A stretch of DNA of 64,000 nt from contig JBLDXI010000025.1 of NCBI GenBank assembly GCA_047495785.1, forward strand, positions 496,001 to 560,000, given 5' to 3'. Each line of letters opens with the position of its first letter. Positions within the stretch are counted from its first letter, which is position 1. Origin of the DNA: Lepidodermella squamata (taxonomy: Eukaryota > Animalia > Gastrotricha). Positions 9,537-22,355 of the stretch are shown in pieces. A program made the translations under genes and the position numbers. Below the pieces are notes generated by a model. The model saw only the letters and a list, made by a program, of their open reading frames with translations. It was not told where the DNA came from and did not search any database.

Positions 9537-10670
9537 TCAAGGCAGTGCGACGTCGGACAAGTTAACGGCAGTGATAGCGAGAATGAAGAGAGCGATTGTA
9601 GCCAACGTGAAATCTAGCATCCGACCGACACTGAACGCAACTCCCTCCCGTATCGTTATCGACCGCTCGAACCAAGCAGCTTTCGAATGAGCGACGCCGC
9701 ACAACAAACAATTCAAAACAGCGCAGATAACGCCCATGTTCGTCATCGAATTAAGATGATTTGTCATAAGACTCAACTTATCAGGCAAGTACGTGATCCC
9801 TGCGATTTGAATGTCGACGAGGCCCAGTAGGAAAACAGCCGAGAGTACACATCGCCTTGAATCTTCTGGATTAATGATGAAAGCTGAAACCACGGCCAGT
9901 GCCAGAAAACTCGACGGATTCATGAGGTAACACAGGTAGAAATGCGATTGGCGCTTCAGAGTGAAACGGAAGACCAAACTAGACCGATTGTGGCTCTCGT
10001 CACAGATAACAGTCTCTATTTCGGACGAATGCTTCACTACCAACCATTCATTTTTCTCCGCCAGAGCTTTTGCCGACTTGGAAATTTCGCCTTTAGTAAA
10101 CTGAACCGCCGAGGTATATTCGTGAATTTGAAGCTCGATCGTGCAATTTTGGGTGTCGAAGGGGAATAACGCGAGATCGAGGTTGCATATCGACGACCAA
10201 ATCCCTGAGTAGTAGCGATGGAACTCAACTGCAGGAGAGTGAGCGGGTTTCGTGATTAGCGAATATGAGCCTAAATGTTTCATTTTCGAGTCGGAAATTG
10301 CGTTTTTGTGGTGAATATGCGGCCGCCATGTGATCTCTTCCTCAGAGAAATAGGTGAACGATTGCCGGCCTATTTCAGGACACGGCAATTTCCAGGTAAC
10401 GTGTAAAGTCCCAGATAACTGGAAAGAGTCGGTTTTCTCATCAATTCCAATGATTTTCGCGATTTCCAATTTCGCCGTTAGATCTGTCGGCGTGCATGAA
10501 GATTCTATCGACGTTTCAGCGTTTGGGCAAGTTGGAGAGTAGCGTTGAGCCTCCAAGATTTTGCAAGTTTTAACTAGAGCGATGGCTCGAGGCTCTTTTA
10601 GCGCAATGTCTTCGCCGAGTGTGGCTGAGAAGACACAGTAAAAAATGGCAGTCCTAAATACTGAGTGCAT
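9537..10670 (-). CDS. intronless divergent Cys-loop channel subunit (LGIC-4, most divergent pore)
   Basis: 377 aa, Cys-loop CNLDLALFPFDTQNC, shared AQRYSPxC N-terminal motif, four hydrophobic segments. Confidence 0.9.
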   Translation of the reverse strand: MHSVFRTAIFYCVFSATLGEDIALKEPRAIALVKTCKILEAQRYSPTCPNAETSIESSCTPTDLTAKLEIAKIIGIDEKTDSFQLSGTLHVTWKLPCPEIGRQSFTYFSEEEITWRPHIHHKNAISDSKMKHLGSYSLITKPAHSPAVEFHRYYSGIWSSICNLDLALFPFDTQNCTIELQIHEYTSAVQFTKGEISKSAKALAEKNEWLVVKHSSEIETVICDESHNRSSLVFRFTLKRQSHFYLCYLMNPSSFLALAVVSAFIINPEDSRRCVLSAVFLLGLVDIQIAGITYLPDKLSLMTNHLNSMTNMGVICAVLNCLLCGVAHSKAAWFERSITIREGVAFSVGRMLDFTLATIALFILAITAVNLSDVALP

Positions 10671-11039
10671 GATTTTCGATAAAAAAAAGGAATGCTGACT
10701 TGCGCACTACAATGTGGAGAGGCCAGATCAGATAATTGAATTTGTTACGCACAATTGGATGCTCTATTCATTCAAGTGGCAGCGATTTTGGTTCCGGTTT
10801 TTGCGGTCTATTAATTTTACTTGACATCTTCTTGAGACGTGCATTTTGCGCAGAATGAAACGATGAAAAGCACCGGGAGTATTTTTCAAAAAATTGTAAT
10901 TTCTGATTTCTGAAATGAACAAAAACTAGAATTCTTAAATGGCAAAGAACAATTATTCATAGCAACTTTCGGAAAGAAAGTAACTCCTTGATAGAAAACA
11001 AAAAACAAATAGAATAGATGTTTCATGTAAATTTATTGT

Positions 11040-12276
11040 TTAAACGCCGAAGAGCGAAATAGTGCCAGCACATCTCAAATCGCATTCAATTAGCGATTCA
11101 AGCCATTTCTGAGCTGGTCCATCGAAGAGTTGACGCGCCGCTCTGATGCATGTGTCGAGGCTCCAGAAGCGATGCGATACAGCATCAGTATTTCCTCCGA
11201 ATTGCCGCGATAGCCAGCATTTGAGGGCTTTCATCAAATTAGCTCTAACACTGGCGTATTTCGGCTCGTTCAACCCATCTGGAAAAAAAATACAGCGATA
11301 ATGCTGAAAATCTCAAAATTATCACTGATCTACCTTGAAATAACAGCATAGCGAACATAACGGCTGCTTCCATGAAAGTAGGGTTCCACGCGGCCATTTC
11401 TCGTACTAAAACTTCGTTCGCTGCTGCAAGATCTCCAGGTACGGGGAACATTTCTTCAATATCTCGGTGGAACTCGGAATTCGCTCCGAAAATAGTAGCT
11501 ACACTAGAGTTCCTTACATTAGGCAAGGCGAAGAACAAAACAGGGCCCATTTTTAGGAAGTCTGTTACTGTCTGCGTGTCGTTGTAGTTTAAATTAGGAA
11601 TTTTCTCGCTCTCCAGCACAAATCTGCTGTAGGATAGCCCCGCTTCAATGAGCCCGTGGAGGTGTTCGTTGAGCAGATACGTCATTACTTCACAGTCCTT
11701 AACAGGCTGCACAATTTTACGCCCAGGCACCTAAAAGCACAGGTAAAATCTAGGTAAGATCTTAGCGGACAGTAAGTATACATTATTCAAGGGGTGCAAG
11801 TAGGTGAAAGCTTCAGCTGCCAGTTGCAAAGTGCGTTCAACCTCATTCCCATCGAACAGAAGGGGTTCTTTACAAGGTTTCGACACTTTTAATTTCATGC
11901 TAGAATCTGCAACTGCTTTTTTCCGATTCCCTAGAGAAGATCTTTTGGAAGGATAAACGATATTTTCGGTTAGGCTTACGTCTCCCCATTCCAACAGCGT
12001 AGCATTGATCAATCCGACATTTGTTACACTCGCGTCTCATTTTCCCGGCTAGTATGCATCGGTTGGTACCCGAAATACACACCAGCTCGTCGGCAATCTC
12101 ATCGTAGCGGCGGAAAAATTTCTGCAGATTTGTATGTAATGAGGCTGTGAATATAGAAGAAAATCGAGACCAACCTGGCATGCTTCACATTTCTTTGGCT
12201 GATATCTGAGGCGTCGATAGACAATTTCGCCGCAGACTTTGCAGTGCACACCGCCTGATTCAGCTGATGCTTGCAT
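11040..12276 (-). CDS. divergent nuclear hormone receptor NR-1 (5 exons)
   Basis: Exons 12276-12175, 12121-11980, 11930-11782, 11730-11334, 11278-11040 with ~50-nt GT-AG introns give the C4 DBD CKVC..CEACQKFFRR..C..C..CNKCRIDQCYAVGM plus a divergent helical C-terminal domain. Confidence 0.85.
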
Positions 12277-13336
12277 GTTTTTTTGGAGAATCGAACGACT
12301 TTAATCCCTGCTTTTTTTTACAACTGCAACAGTTTAATTTTTGACATTGTCCAGAAAAAAACGGTTCACAGCTTATATATTGGGTAAGGTGAGTCACCAG
12401 CGAACAAATATGGAATAATTATCAGCCCTTTTCTCGCGGACGGTGTTTTTTATCGAGATATAAGAGTGTTATCGCCGCAGAAATAAATTGCTATTGCACC
12501 AGATGGCTGGTCTTATTATTTCCTCAATGACCTCGGGGCCGTCATTTAGCCACATTATAGTACAACTTGTTGCCAAAGAGAGTAAGCCTGGAAAGGCGTA
12601 AGCGAGATGGGTGGTTTTCGGGGGAGGAGGGGGTGGATGTGGAGGGGTGAGATTTAGTGGCTGTGCCTGGGAAAGTTCTCAAGACGAGTAATAATTAACT
12701 CGCGCCCTGTAATTCTGGGTCTATGTGGCTTGGATCTATTCCTTCAAGCTGTGGGGCGAATGCATTATTACACGCCAAGCTCTGGCTTTGCGCCTGGAGA
12801 TCATGTGCGTTAAAACTTGAGCTAGTGAGCTGCATTCTTACCTCAAGCCGGGACGTGGTCGAATAAGAGTCCGAAAAAAGAGATGGTAATTGAGAGGAGG
12901 GCAGATGACCAACTAAACCATTTTTTGTGAATGCTCCGGATGCGAAAATAAAAGGTTAACCAATTTGAAATATACCCGGGAAATCTTGAATTTTTCTCTG
13001 TCTTTGGAGGCACTTTGCCCACTCAGTTTTTGGTTTCACTGAGGAATTATTGCATCTCTCATCCCCATTCATGGATAGCCAAGTCCGTGTATTCCCCGCT
13101 CATCAAAATTACATTATAATTTACAAGCAGTAGGGAGTAAAACCAATTGTGATAAATAATAAAGCTTTTAAATTCCACTGCGATAGAAAAAAATATGTGC
13201 TACGGCCAACAGATTTTATTACGCTTTTGCCGCAAATTTAAATCGTGGGGTAAGAATTCCGGGCTCTCAATGTCTCTTCAGGGAGTGACGTGAAGTTGCA
13301 GCCGTAGCTCTTGTCTCCAGAGTAGTTGCTTTCAGT

Positions 13337-14847
13337 TCATTTTACTGACATGAAGCATTCCCACTCCGAGCAGAGCTGCATTTGCCCTGCAAAGTCGCCA
13401 AGCCATTTGTGAGCAGACCCGTCATAGAAATCACGTGCCGCCGTTATGCATCGATCCAAACTGGAGAGGCGCCTGCCAATAATGTCAGTGTCGCCCTTGA
13501 ACTGCCGTGATAGCGAACAGTTGAGTGCCAGCATCAGCCGACTTTTTATTTTAGAGATTTTCGGCATAGCATCGTTACCTGATGAGAGGATAAATTAGTA
13601 ACATCAAGCTCACTTCGGCAATAAGAAAATGCTGCGAAATTAATTCAACCCCCACAAGATAACACTTGACCATGAAAGGGTTTTCTTCAACTACGTTCCA
13701 TGTTGTTGTCGAACTTTTCGAGGAATATTCCCCCTTTCCTTAGACTTGTGGTTGATTGAAAAATCGAACCATTTGGCATACCTCTGAAGATGAGCAGTGC
13801 AAACATCACAGCTGCCTCTACAAAAGTCGGGTTCCACTCAGCCATAAGTTGAACTATTGATTCAGTCGCGGACATGAGGTCATTCGATACAGGATAGATC
13901 TGCTCAACAATCGCCTGCAGCTCCGGCGTAGCACCAAAAATTGTTAAAGTTGCTGATATTCGTTGGTTGGGCAGAGCGTAGAAAAGAGCAATGCCGATTT
14001 GTAAGAAATCACGGACCATAAAATCATCGCAGCTATTAACCGGAATGCCTTCGTTTTCCAGCACGAACCGGCAATAGGATGCGGCAGTTTCGATTAGGCT
14101 TATCAAATGCTCGTTAAACAGATTAGCCATGATTGACCAATCTTGAACGGGTTGTGTGAACTTCCGGCCAGGAACCTATAATAAACAATAAAAATTGCCC
14201 AAGTTAGCAATGCGGAGTTCGAATCTCATAAGTCTCTCGTCTAATAATAATGGATTATCGATGCTTGAAGTTTAAAATTCGTTCTGAATTTCATAATGAT
14301 TAGCAAACATTGTTGAAGTTATATCATGATGAAACTCACATTATCCAGGGGCTGTAGAAATGTAAATGCTTCGGCTGCCAATCGGAGGCGGCTTTCAACC
14401 TCGTTCCCATCGAACAACTCAGGCTCTCTGTAGATGTTCGACGTGGTTTCCATATTCTGCAGCAGGCTGGGGCGTCTTCTCTTACTTCTTCCTATCAATT
14501 GGCAGAAATTGAGCTTTACTTGCTATTTCCGATTTCTATAATACTTACGCCTACCCATGCCAACTGCGAGACATTGAGCCATGCGGCATCTGTTGCATTC
14601 ACGCCGCTTCTTGCCAGATATGTAACAACAATTAGTGCGAGACGTGCATATTAGGGCGTCTGCAAGTCCGCTGTATCGGCGGAAAAATTTCTGAAAATAA
14701 TCTCAATCAACATTTTTATTCCATTAGCCTAATATGAATAGCTACTTGACAGGCTTCGCATTTCCTTGGTTGGTACAACTTGCGTCTGTGGACAATCTCA
14801 CCACAGACCTCGCAAAATACAAAATCCACATCATGAGGCTGTTCCAT
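13337..14847 (-). CDS. divergent nuclear hormone receptor NR-2
   Basis: MEQPHDVDFVFCEVCGEIVHRRKLYQPRKCEACQ|KFFRR...; same exon layout as NR-1, shares WNPTFxEAAVMFA. Confidence 0.83.
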
Positions 14848-15499
14848 GCCAGCTTTTGTGAAAAATCTAGGTGAACTCAAAAAGTTTATAACAAAGCATT
14901 CAGCCACTAGAGCTTTACTAGCCGTTGTTTGTCACTAATGGAAAGATAAAGACCTTATCACGATGCACAAGCCTAATTGGTGCTGGCTATGGTGATTTCC
15001 TGCTTTTTGCCACAGGCAAAGTAAGATAACACACAAATATCGAAAGCGTCCAAATTTAGGCTGTCGCGAAATACAAACAACCCAAGATGAATGACTCTAT
15101 TCATCTTTATCAAGTGTTTGCATTAAGTATACAACCAGGTAACTTCGGTCTCTCAAGCTTATGTGGCCTGAGTAAACACCTGTTCGTGGTCCGTGGCGCG
15201 GCTTATCGTCGAGCATGACGTGATGAATTACGCAACAAATGAATTACATCAACCTTCCATACAAATTTAGAAATTCTGAGTACTACGGGTAAGTCCGCAT
15301 CCGCTTCCTTACGTTTCCTGTGAATATATCGGTCAGAAAACTGAAAGAAAATTCAGAGCATCTCACATCTCACGGTTCATTGTTATTCAGCGGAACGTTA
15401 TCACGTGACACGTGACACATGCTGGCCAGTGTACACACGGAAAGAGTGGGGCAAAAAGCTTGAAACAATTCTGGGTTTACTGATAAGAACACTTCTAAG

Positions 15500-16729
15500 T
15501 CAAGCAAGCGCGTTTTCAATAGATTCCAGACTTAGCATAGCCATAGCTCGCTGCACTTGAGATACGTGCTGGATGACTTCATACAACTTTATCAAACACT
15601 TCCGCCCCGGGCCAAAGTGAATTGACTTTGAGAGGTCGATGGACTTATCAAGTGATTTCAGCCGCTGATCAACTATGGCAGAATCGCCGTATTGCTTGAA
15701 CAACATCATCCGCAACACAACCATTAGTCGTTGTCTCAACTTAGTCGTCTTTGGCGATGAATAGTTTTTGTCTGAAATAAAATCAAAATAGTCAAAGCTG
15801 CAATTAAATTACATACTTTCTAACCTTGAAAAAGAAGCAAGCAGAAGAGGAAAGCTGTTTCGACAAAATCAGGAGCCCAATCGTCCATATGGCGATCGAG
15901 TTCGATTTTCCCCTGAAGCAAATCGCATGCACTATCCGAGTAGATCTGCATCAAATCGACTTCGGCAGATTTTGATATTTCAAAAAGAGGCCGAGATCCA
16001 GGAGATCGAGAGCCAGGAAGGCCAAAAAATAGAATCGAAGCGACATTAGTGAAGTCGGACGCCAAAGCCACTGCCTCAGATTTGGAAAAGCTCTCGATTC
16101 CTTACAATAATATTTGCGCCATTATAAAGGAAAAAGATAAGACTCTTACCCATAAGGAATTTGCAGTAGCACAACGACGCTGCAACGACAGTTTTCACGT
16201 AAGTGCTGAAGATTACAGCAAGTTTGCCTTCAATCGATGATTTTTCAGCAAAATTGTAGTTTGAGAGTAATTTTGCGCTGTTCAGTGAATGAAGCTGCGT
16301 AAAAGCTGAGGTAGCTAGTCTTAAGGTTTCTTCAAGACCCCGGCCGTCGTAGAGGATAGGTTCCTTCAGCGCAAGATCGTTTCGCCACAAGCCATTCTCT
16401 AACGATTTGCAATTCATGGTTTTATTACGGCCCATTCCTATTGCCAAACATCGTGACATTCTGCACTTGGCGCAATCCCTTCTCAGTCGACCACCTATGA
16501 AGCACCGATTATCACTTTCCGAGCATAGCAGAGTTTCGCTGTTATTTCTATGTCGGAAGAAGAATTTCTAGGAAAAATTGTGGCTTATGATATCTTCAAT
16601 CAAATGACTAGGTCCAACCTGACAAGCTTCGCATTTTCGCGGTTGGTAATTTTGTTTTTTGGCTACAGGTAGCCCGCAAACTTTGCATTGAACAGGTCCA
16701 AAACTGGATACTTGAATTGAAGGTTCCAT
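15500..16729 (-). CDS. divergent nuclear hormone receptor NR-3
   Basis: ATG at 16729: MEPSIQVSSFGPVQCKVCGLPVAKKQNYQPRKCEACQ|KFFFR...CAKCRMSRCLAIGM; C-terminal WAPDFVETA homologous to NR-1/2. Confidence 0.82.
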
Positions 16730-16921
16730 CCAGCTAATATCAGTAGTCTTACACCCAGTACTGGCAGTTTTCTTATCAGTAGCGCACCCTTCAGCTTTAT
16801 TGTGCTTATCATTGAACTCATGATAAGCTTCACCAACCTGCTCGAGAGGGTCAGGTAAGAAAACACATCAAACCACAGGGCACAGTGGCGAAGCACAGGC
16901 TGAAACAACTGAAAATGCTGA

Positions 16922-18650
16922 TTGTGCAAACTTCGAGTGGAGAAATACAATTTGTCATTTAAGCCAATAAAGTCAAACGTGGGAGTCCGACAGGGTGACC
17001 CATTATCGCCACTTCTGTTTTCGATTTTTATAAACGATCTTATACCTTACCTAATGAAAGTTTTTCCTGGCTTGACCTTCGGCGAATATGTAGTCCTGGC
17101 AATCCTATACGCCGATGACTTGGTCCTACTGGCAGAAAGCCCCGAGCAGCTGCAGAGCCTCCTGGATGAGCTAGTAGCTTATGCTGAAGAAAACTCATTA
17201 ATAATTAACGTCGATAAAACAAAAATCTTGATTTTCGAAAAAAAATTTGTTGAAAATAATCAATTAAAATTTTATCTAAACGGCGAACAACTCGAAAGAG
17301 TTAAAGATTTTAAATATCTAGGAGTTTATTTTACTAATAATTTGAACTTTGATAAAATGGTGGAGGTTGTCAATGCGAATGCGAAAAGAATTGCCGCTTT
17401 TATACCCAACATGATCGATCGGTTCACCACATATTTACCACCCAAAACGTTTCATCTTCTCTATAATTCATATCTGGTTAGCAACTATTCCTATGCTGGA
17501 GGATTTTGGGGTCAATCAAAAAAGGGCAAAATTTTTCCTTTCAATACTCATTTCGTAAAACAGCTCTGCCGAATACCCGCTGCGGCGAGGGACGAGCTCG
17601 TGAAACGAGAATTCTATCTAGATCCTCCAAGCCTGATCCTCACTAAAACAGCTATTCGTCACTTTCTTAAACTAAAATTCGAGGACAACCATATTCTGCT
17701 GAAGACTGCTTTCGAAATAATTGATTCTAACAAAAATCTATATAAACACATCTTCAAAAATTTACCAGAAGATGTTGAAAAATTAGGCGGAAAAGAAATT
17801 TTTAACGCTACATCTAAATTTGAGGGCCTAGCCCTGCTTGAGAGATGGTACGAGAAATGGGTCGAAAATGATAAATTTTCGACGGCCTCTTCTCTGAAAT
17901 CGCTCTACCAAAATCCTGTCTACTCTGAAGAGAAATTCGACAAACTATTAATATACTCTAGTACGCGGCAAGCTTTCTGGTCAATTAAAAATATTCAAAC
18001 TCTAGCGATGATCAGAACTAATTCCGTACACAAACCGTTTTGCTACATAAATAACTTCGGCCTTAGATGTATCTTCTGCTTGAAAAATAGTAATAATCCC
18101 GCCCTATCTCTAAATAGCTTCTCGGACTCTGTCGAATTGCTAACACACCTATATGTAGAATGTAACCACTTGCCATTGCTATATAATATTAATAGCGCCG
18201 AAATAAAACCCGATAAACGCGACATTATCAATTCTATAATTCGTTGCGAATCCAGCGGCTCTGCCCATCTTTCAAAAATACTATCTCTCGCCTACAGTTA
18301 CCGTACGACGTTAAAGCTACATGTATATCCTTCTACCTTAACTACCTAATTCTGACTGGGTCCTTGATTTTGGTTAAAATAAATGTAAGTAAAATATCGC
18401 TCTCATAAATTATATTAAATTATATTATCTGCACGTGTGATTGTGACGTCTGAATCTGTAATATATTTCGAACGACGCACGCGTATACCTCTCGACGCCT
18501 ATCTATATGTTATATCTATCTATATGTTATCTATACGTTATACGTTATATCTATATGTTATATCGCCAAAGAGTTGTGATATTTGTGGTGCGCCCAAAGC
18601 CCAACCGTGGCCGGTGCTTTTTTATTTCTTTTGAAACAATAAAACAAACA
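16922..18650 (+). mobile_element. 5'-truncated non-LTR retrotransposon (LINE; RT ORF 16922-18349)
   Basis: RT motifs GVRQGDPLSPLLF, YADD, FKYLG; C-terminal CxxC...HxxxxC; 3' UTR with tandem tatatgttatatct repeats and an aataaaacaaaca end. Confidence 0.9.
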
Positions 18651-20701
18651 GCTTGCAATTTGTCATTTTTCATCGGGGTTTAAAGTACAGTTCGAGCTTT
18701 TAGATGCCAATTGCAGATTTTGGAAGCTGGAAAAGCCAGGGCAACCTTTGGTTCGTCCGGCTGGGTCCGGCTGACATCGGCTGAAAAACATGTCAATTTC
18801 GGAATCCTACTTCTAACAGTGTTTGGGGTCCATTCCAGTGGGCCGGGGTACAATTCTTGTATCACACGATACCGGACCTATAGAAAGGTCGGTTGCTAGT
18901 TTCACCATCATGTTTGCAGCTTCCACAATTCGCTTTGTCTTCACGTTCATAACCTATAAAATGTGTCAAGTTGCGTTCAAGTGAACTCTAATGGTGCGAT
19001 TATGCAAATCTTTCATAAAAAGACAACATCGTTTTTTAACATTCCCTTTCAAGCGAAGTAGAACCGGTGAGGATAACAGATGTCGTCATAACATTCCCCC
19101 TTTGGTCATTGATTGAGTTGTTGAGGGATGATCCCAACCATCCCTAGCGGTACTACGCTCTCGTGTATTCTGTTTTCATGTAATCTTTAACAGCGCAGAT
19201 AATAGCTCGGCAAATATGCTTTGTAGCATTTCCAGGCCTTAAGCAAGTAATGCTAGATCATCGGTGAGTTGCCTTGCAAGTACTACTTACTAGCCGAGTG
19301 ATACGCCTGGCAATATTTTCATAAGATGCGAGATTAAGTGGTTGATAAACATTGAAAATAGCCGAGGGGAGAAACGGCGCCAAAAAACTTAGAATCAACG
19401 AATAATAATTACATGCAACAACTGCCACTTTTACCCTCGCTCTTGCTCTCACTTTTAATTTAATTTCACATGTTTTTCCCGCTGCGGAAATACTTTTTGA
19501 CCGGAATCAATTTCACGAAATTTTCAGCAATTGCATGATCAATTTGGAGAACATTATTAAAATCTGACATAAAAAATCTGAAATTATGCAAGATTTCATG
19601 TTCAATTAAGGTTTAAGGTCTGAAAACTTATTATCGGACCGATCCGATCAAGAAATATTGACTCATGGCCCACCAAGTATACACGAAAATCCTCGTGTTC
19701 AATGCCAATTCGATATTTTACGATATCGTTGGCAACGCGGCAGAAGAATCCTCTATTGGCTTGTCTAGACTAGACTAGAAGGACTCGGTTTTTGTCAATT
19801 TTACCGCCTGCACTTATAGTCTGAAATACTTTTTTGTATGTATTTTGTTTACTCAAAAAAACTTTCAGCTAAACTTGCCGGCAAGACGCTTTCCGCTTTC
19901 CACAACCACCTTTTTTACTGTTATTGCATTAGCATTAACTTAGTAATAGATGACACGATGCAAGGCAAAAAATGCTTACCCAATGTTAGTTGACGTTAAC
20001 CCTTTCACGGCCGAATTATTCATATCCGGTAGAAAAACTATTTGACAACATTTCTAGGGGTTTTAGGGGGTCCCCGATCACGATTCTGTAACCCACTTGT
20101 CAGTGACGTCATATAAACAAGCCTAGAGGTTCCTTCAGCCGCGCTGTCAACGATATATCATTCATAAATCGTTTATATTTGAGCTGGCCGAACTCGATTT
20201 TCTCATCTCAACACGTCATCGAGTAGTTTCGATTCGTAAGTCTCGGCCGGCTCCGTTCAGTTATGAGCTCTTTAGCACATTAGCACCTTAGCACATGAGT
20301 GTGCTGTCAAGTTTTGAAAGTTGAATCGAATGCAACTAATTTTCTGCCGCACCAGGTAGATTTCTCGAAAATGTACTGGGTGAAACTGCGTCCTCATACC
20401 CTACTCAAGTATAAAGAATTGAATCGTGCCAAATAATAAGTGAGTATTTTTTTCCGAATAACGACGACTACTGTGTGCAAAATAACCATGGTTTGACGGG
20501 CTGAATTTCATTATCAGCAGCAATCATGGCTTGGAGATCCACGCCGGAAATCATGAAAAGTTTTTATTTTTGCGTGGAATGCGATTTCGAGATAGAAACA
20601 AGCTAAATTAAAAGTAAACAAAGCCTGGCGCATGGATTCTCCGCGCTTATTGGAGCTGTTCGATTTCATATTTCTTTCATATATTCATAATTTTGCTAGG
20701 A

Positions 20702-21798
20702 ATGCGTTGCCTTTGTGTGGCCGTTGTTACTGCCTTTGCTGTCCAACATTCGTGTTTCGCAGCTACCTATTCTTCGAAGAGCAAAAACCCACAAACACAG
20801 CCACCGCGCCACTACGGAAACTATTTCACAGGTTTGCCTTACCTTAAAGATGTAAAATGACTAATCTACTTATCTACTGGCGATCATTCCTAAAACGAGT
20901 AGTGTGCGAAGTACGGGGAGGGAAGGGGGTGCGATAAGTAATAAGAAAACCCACAAAACCCCAGGGGGGAAACCCTTTGTTCAGATAAAGTCGAATTAAA
21001 AATACCCACATGTAGCCCCACCTCGGGAATCAATCCAATGTTTTCGAAAACTGTTTTTTTTACTCTCTGTAACAGACTTTTGGCTGTCGCTCGAGTTTCC
21101 GCAACTATTCGTCAATGGCAAAGCTCTAATGCCAGAAAAGATCACGCCTTCAATCGATGACTTGAAAAGCCAAATGAAAACTATGATAGCCGATATATTC
21201 GCACAAAGCGGATACTCTCAAATCGCAGAAAACATTGAGATAATAGGTGTTGGATATGTGTAAGTTTATTTCCCAGACCTAATGCTGAGCTGCTTCTAGC
21301 AATCTTCTCCAATTTAGCGAATCTTCAGGCTTTTATGAAACAAAGGTTTCAGTACAAGGCTGGGAAACCGCATCGCCCATATCAAAAAATGATCTGCAGT
21401 CACAACTGCGAACTGCTCTCACTTCAATGTGGAACGCGGGCTATTTCAACGACTACAACCGAGCAGGCATTTCAACGAAGCCTGTTATTTACGTGACAAC
21501 ACTGAGCACGAGACAGGAGGTGAAACTTTGGTATCAAAGTGAGTTTCTTTGAGAAACATCGATTTTCCGTAGCAATATTGATCTTACAGCTCCCGGTGGC
21601 ATAGCTGTTCTTGTCGTTGTTCCGCTGGTTCTCATAGCTGCCTTTGCTATTCATTACAATCGGCAGTATTTGCGTATGAGGTTTTTATCAAGCTTAGCTA
21701 TGCAGCCTCGGCTCGTCGAACGGCACATTTATAGCTTGCCGTGCGAAGTCTCGCAGAAGCCAGTTGTTTCGACACAAACCGTCAACGAAAAACAATGA
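20702..21798 (+). CDS. 253-aa type I membrane protein (4 exons; possibly SEA-like ectodomain)
   Basis: Exons 20702-20831, 21076-21259, 21300-21538, 21590-21798 join in frame through GT-AG introns; signal peptide MRCLCVAVVTAFAV and TM GIAVLVVVPLVLIAAFAI. Confidence 0.72.
20902..21030. repeat. degenerate family-A hAT MITE inside intron 1
   Basis: gtgtgcgaagta and aaccctttg...aatacc...ccccac motifs shared with 3395-3553 and 35426-35585. Confidence 0.55.
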
Positions 21799-22355
21799 TT
21801 AAGAATATCTTGAGAAATCGGTTGATCGTTTTAAATGTGGCTAACTGTAATACTATCGTATTTTCACGTTTCAATGGAAATATGAAGAAGAGGCCCGGTG
21901 AGACATTATAATGGTGTGAAAGTGAAAACACAAAGAAAATGCGCATATTTTGTCCAACAAAAGTTTACTTGTTCTTCGAACGACATCTGATTTTACAGGA
22001 GTATATATTTTATTTTTCAGTTAATACTTTCGAATTTCTTTCGGCAAGCTGATGATTTAACAGATTTTGGCGAAATCAAGTCAACATTTCTAGCATCGAT
22101 CGTGTTGAAATATCGATCAAACGAGATAAAACGTCGCCTCTGCAAACATATATCGGTTTGATTGGCAGCACCTTCCAATTCTACTTTGAGCTAAGCAGTG
22201 TAGGAAACGGCTCGCGTTGAATAATCTTTGAAGCAAAACGCTCAATAATCTCACACGTTGCAGCCTACACCTGGACACTGAAACAAGAACCTATGTTGAT
22301 ATATTCCTGTTTAGCCACGTGTATTGTATCGGCTTTTATTTCGACAAACCACGTA

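Noticed and set aside
12609-12647. Four G-runs, possible G-quadruplex upstream of NR-1
   Set aside because: Long loops and no counterpart upstream of NR-2 or NR-3.
18630-18673. Minus-strand MKNDKLQAVCF as a displaced NR-3 N-terminus cut off by the LINE
   Set aside because: NR-3 has its own ATG and complete first zinc finger at 16729-16619.
19997-20030. ttaa-ccctttc piggyBac-like terminus
   Set aside because: No matching opposite end found.
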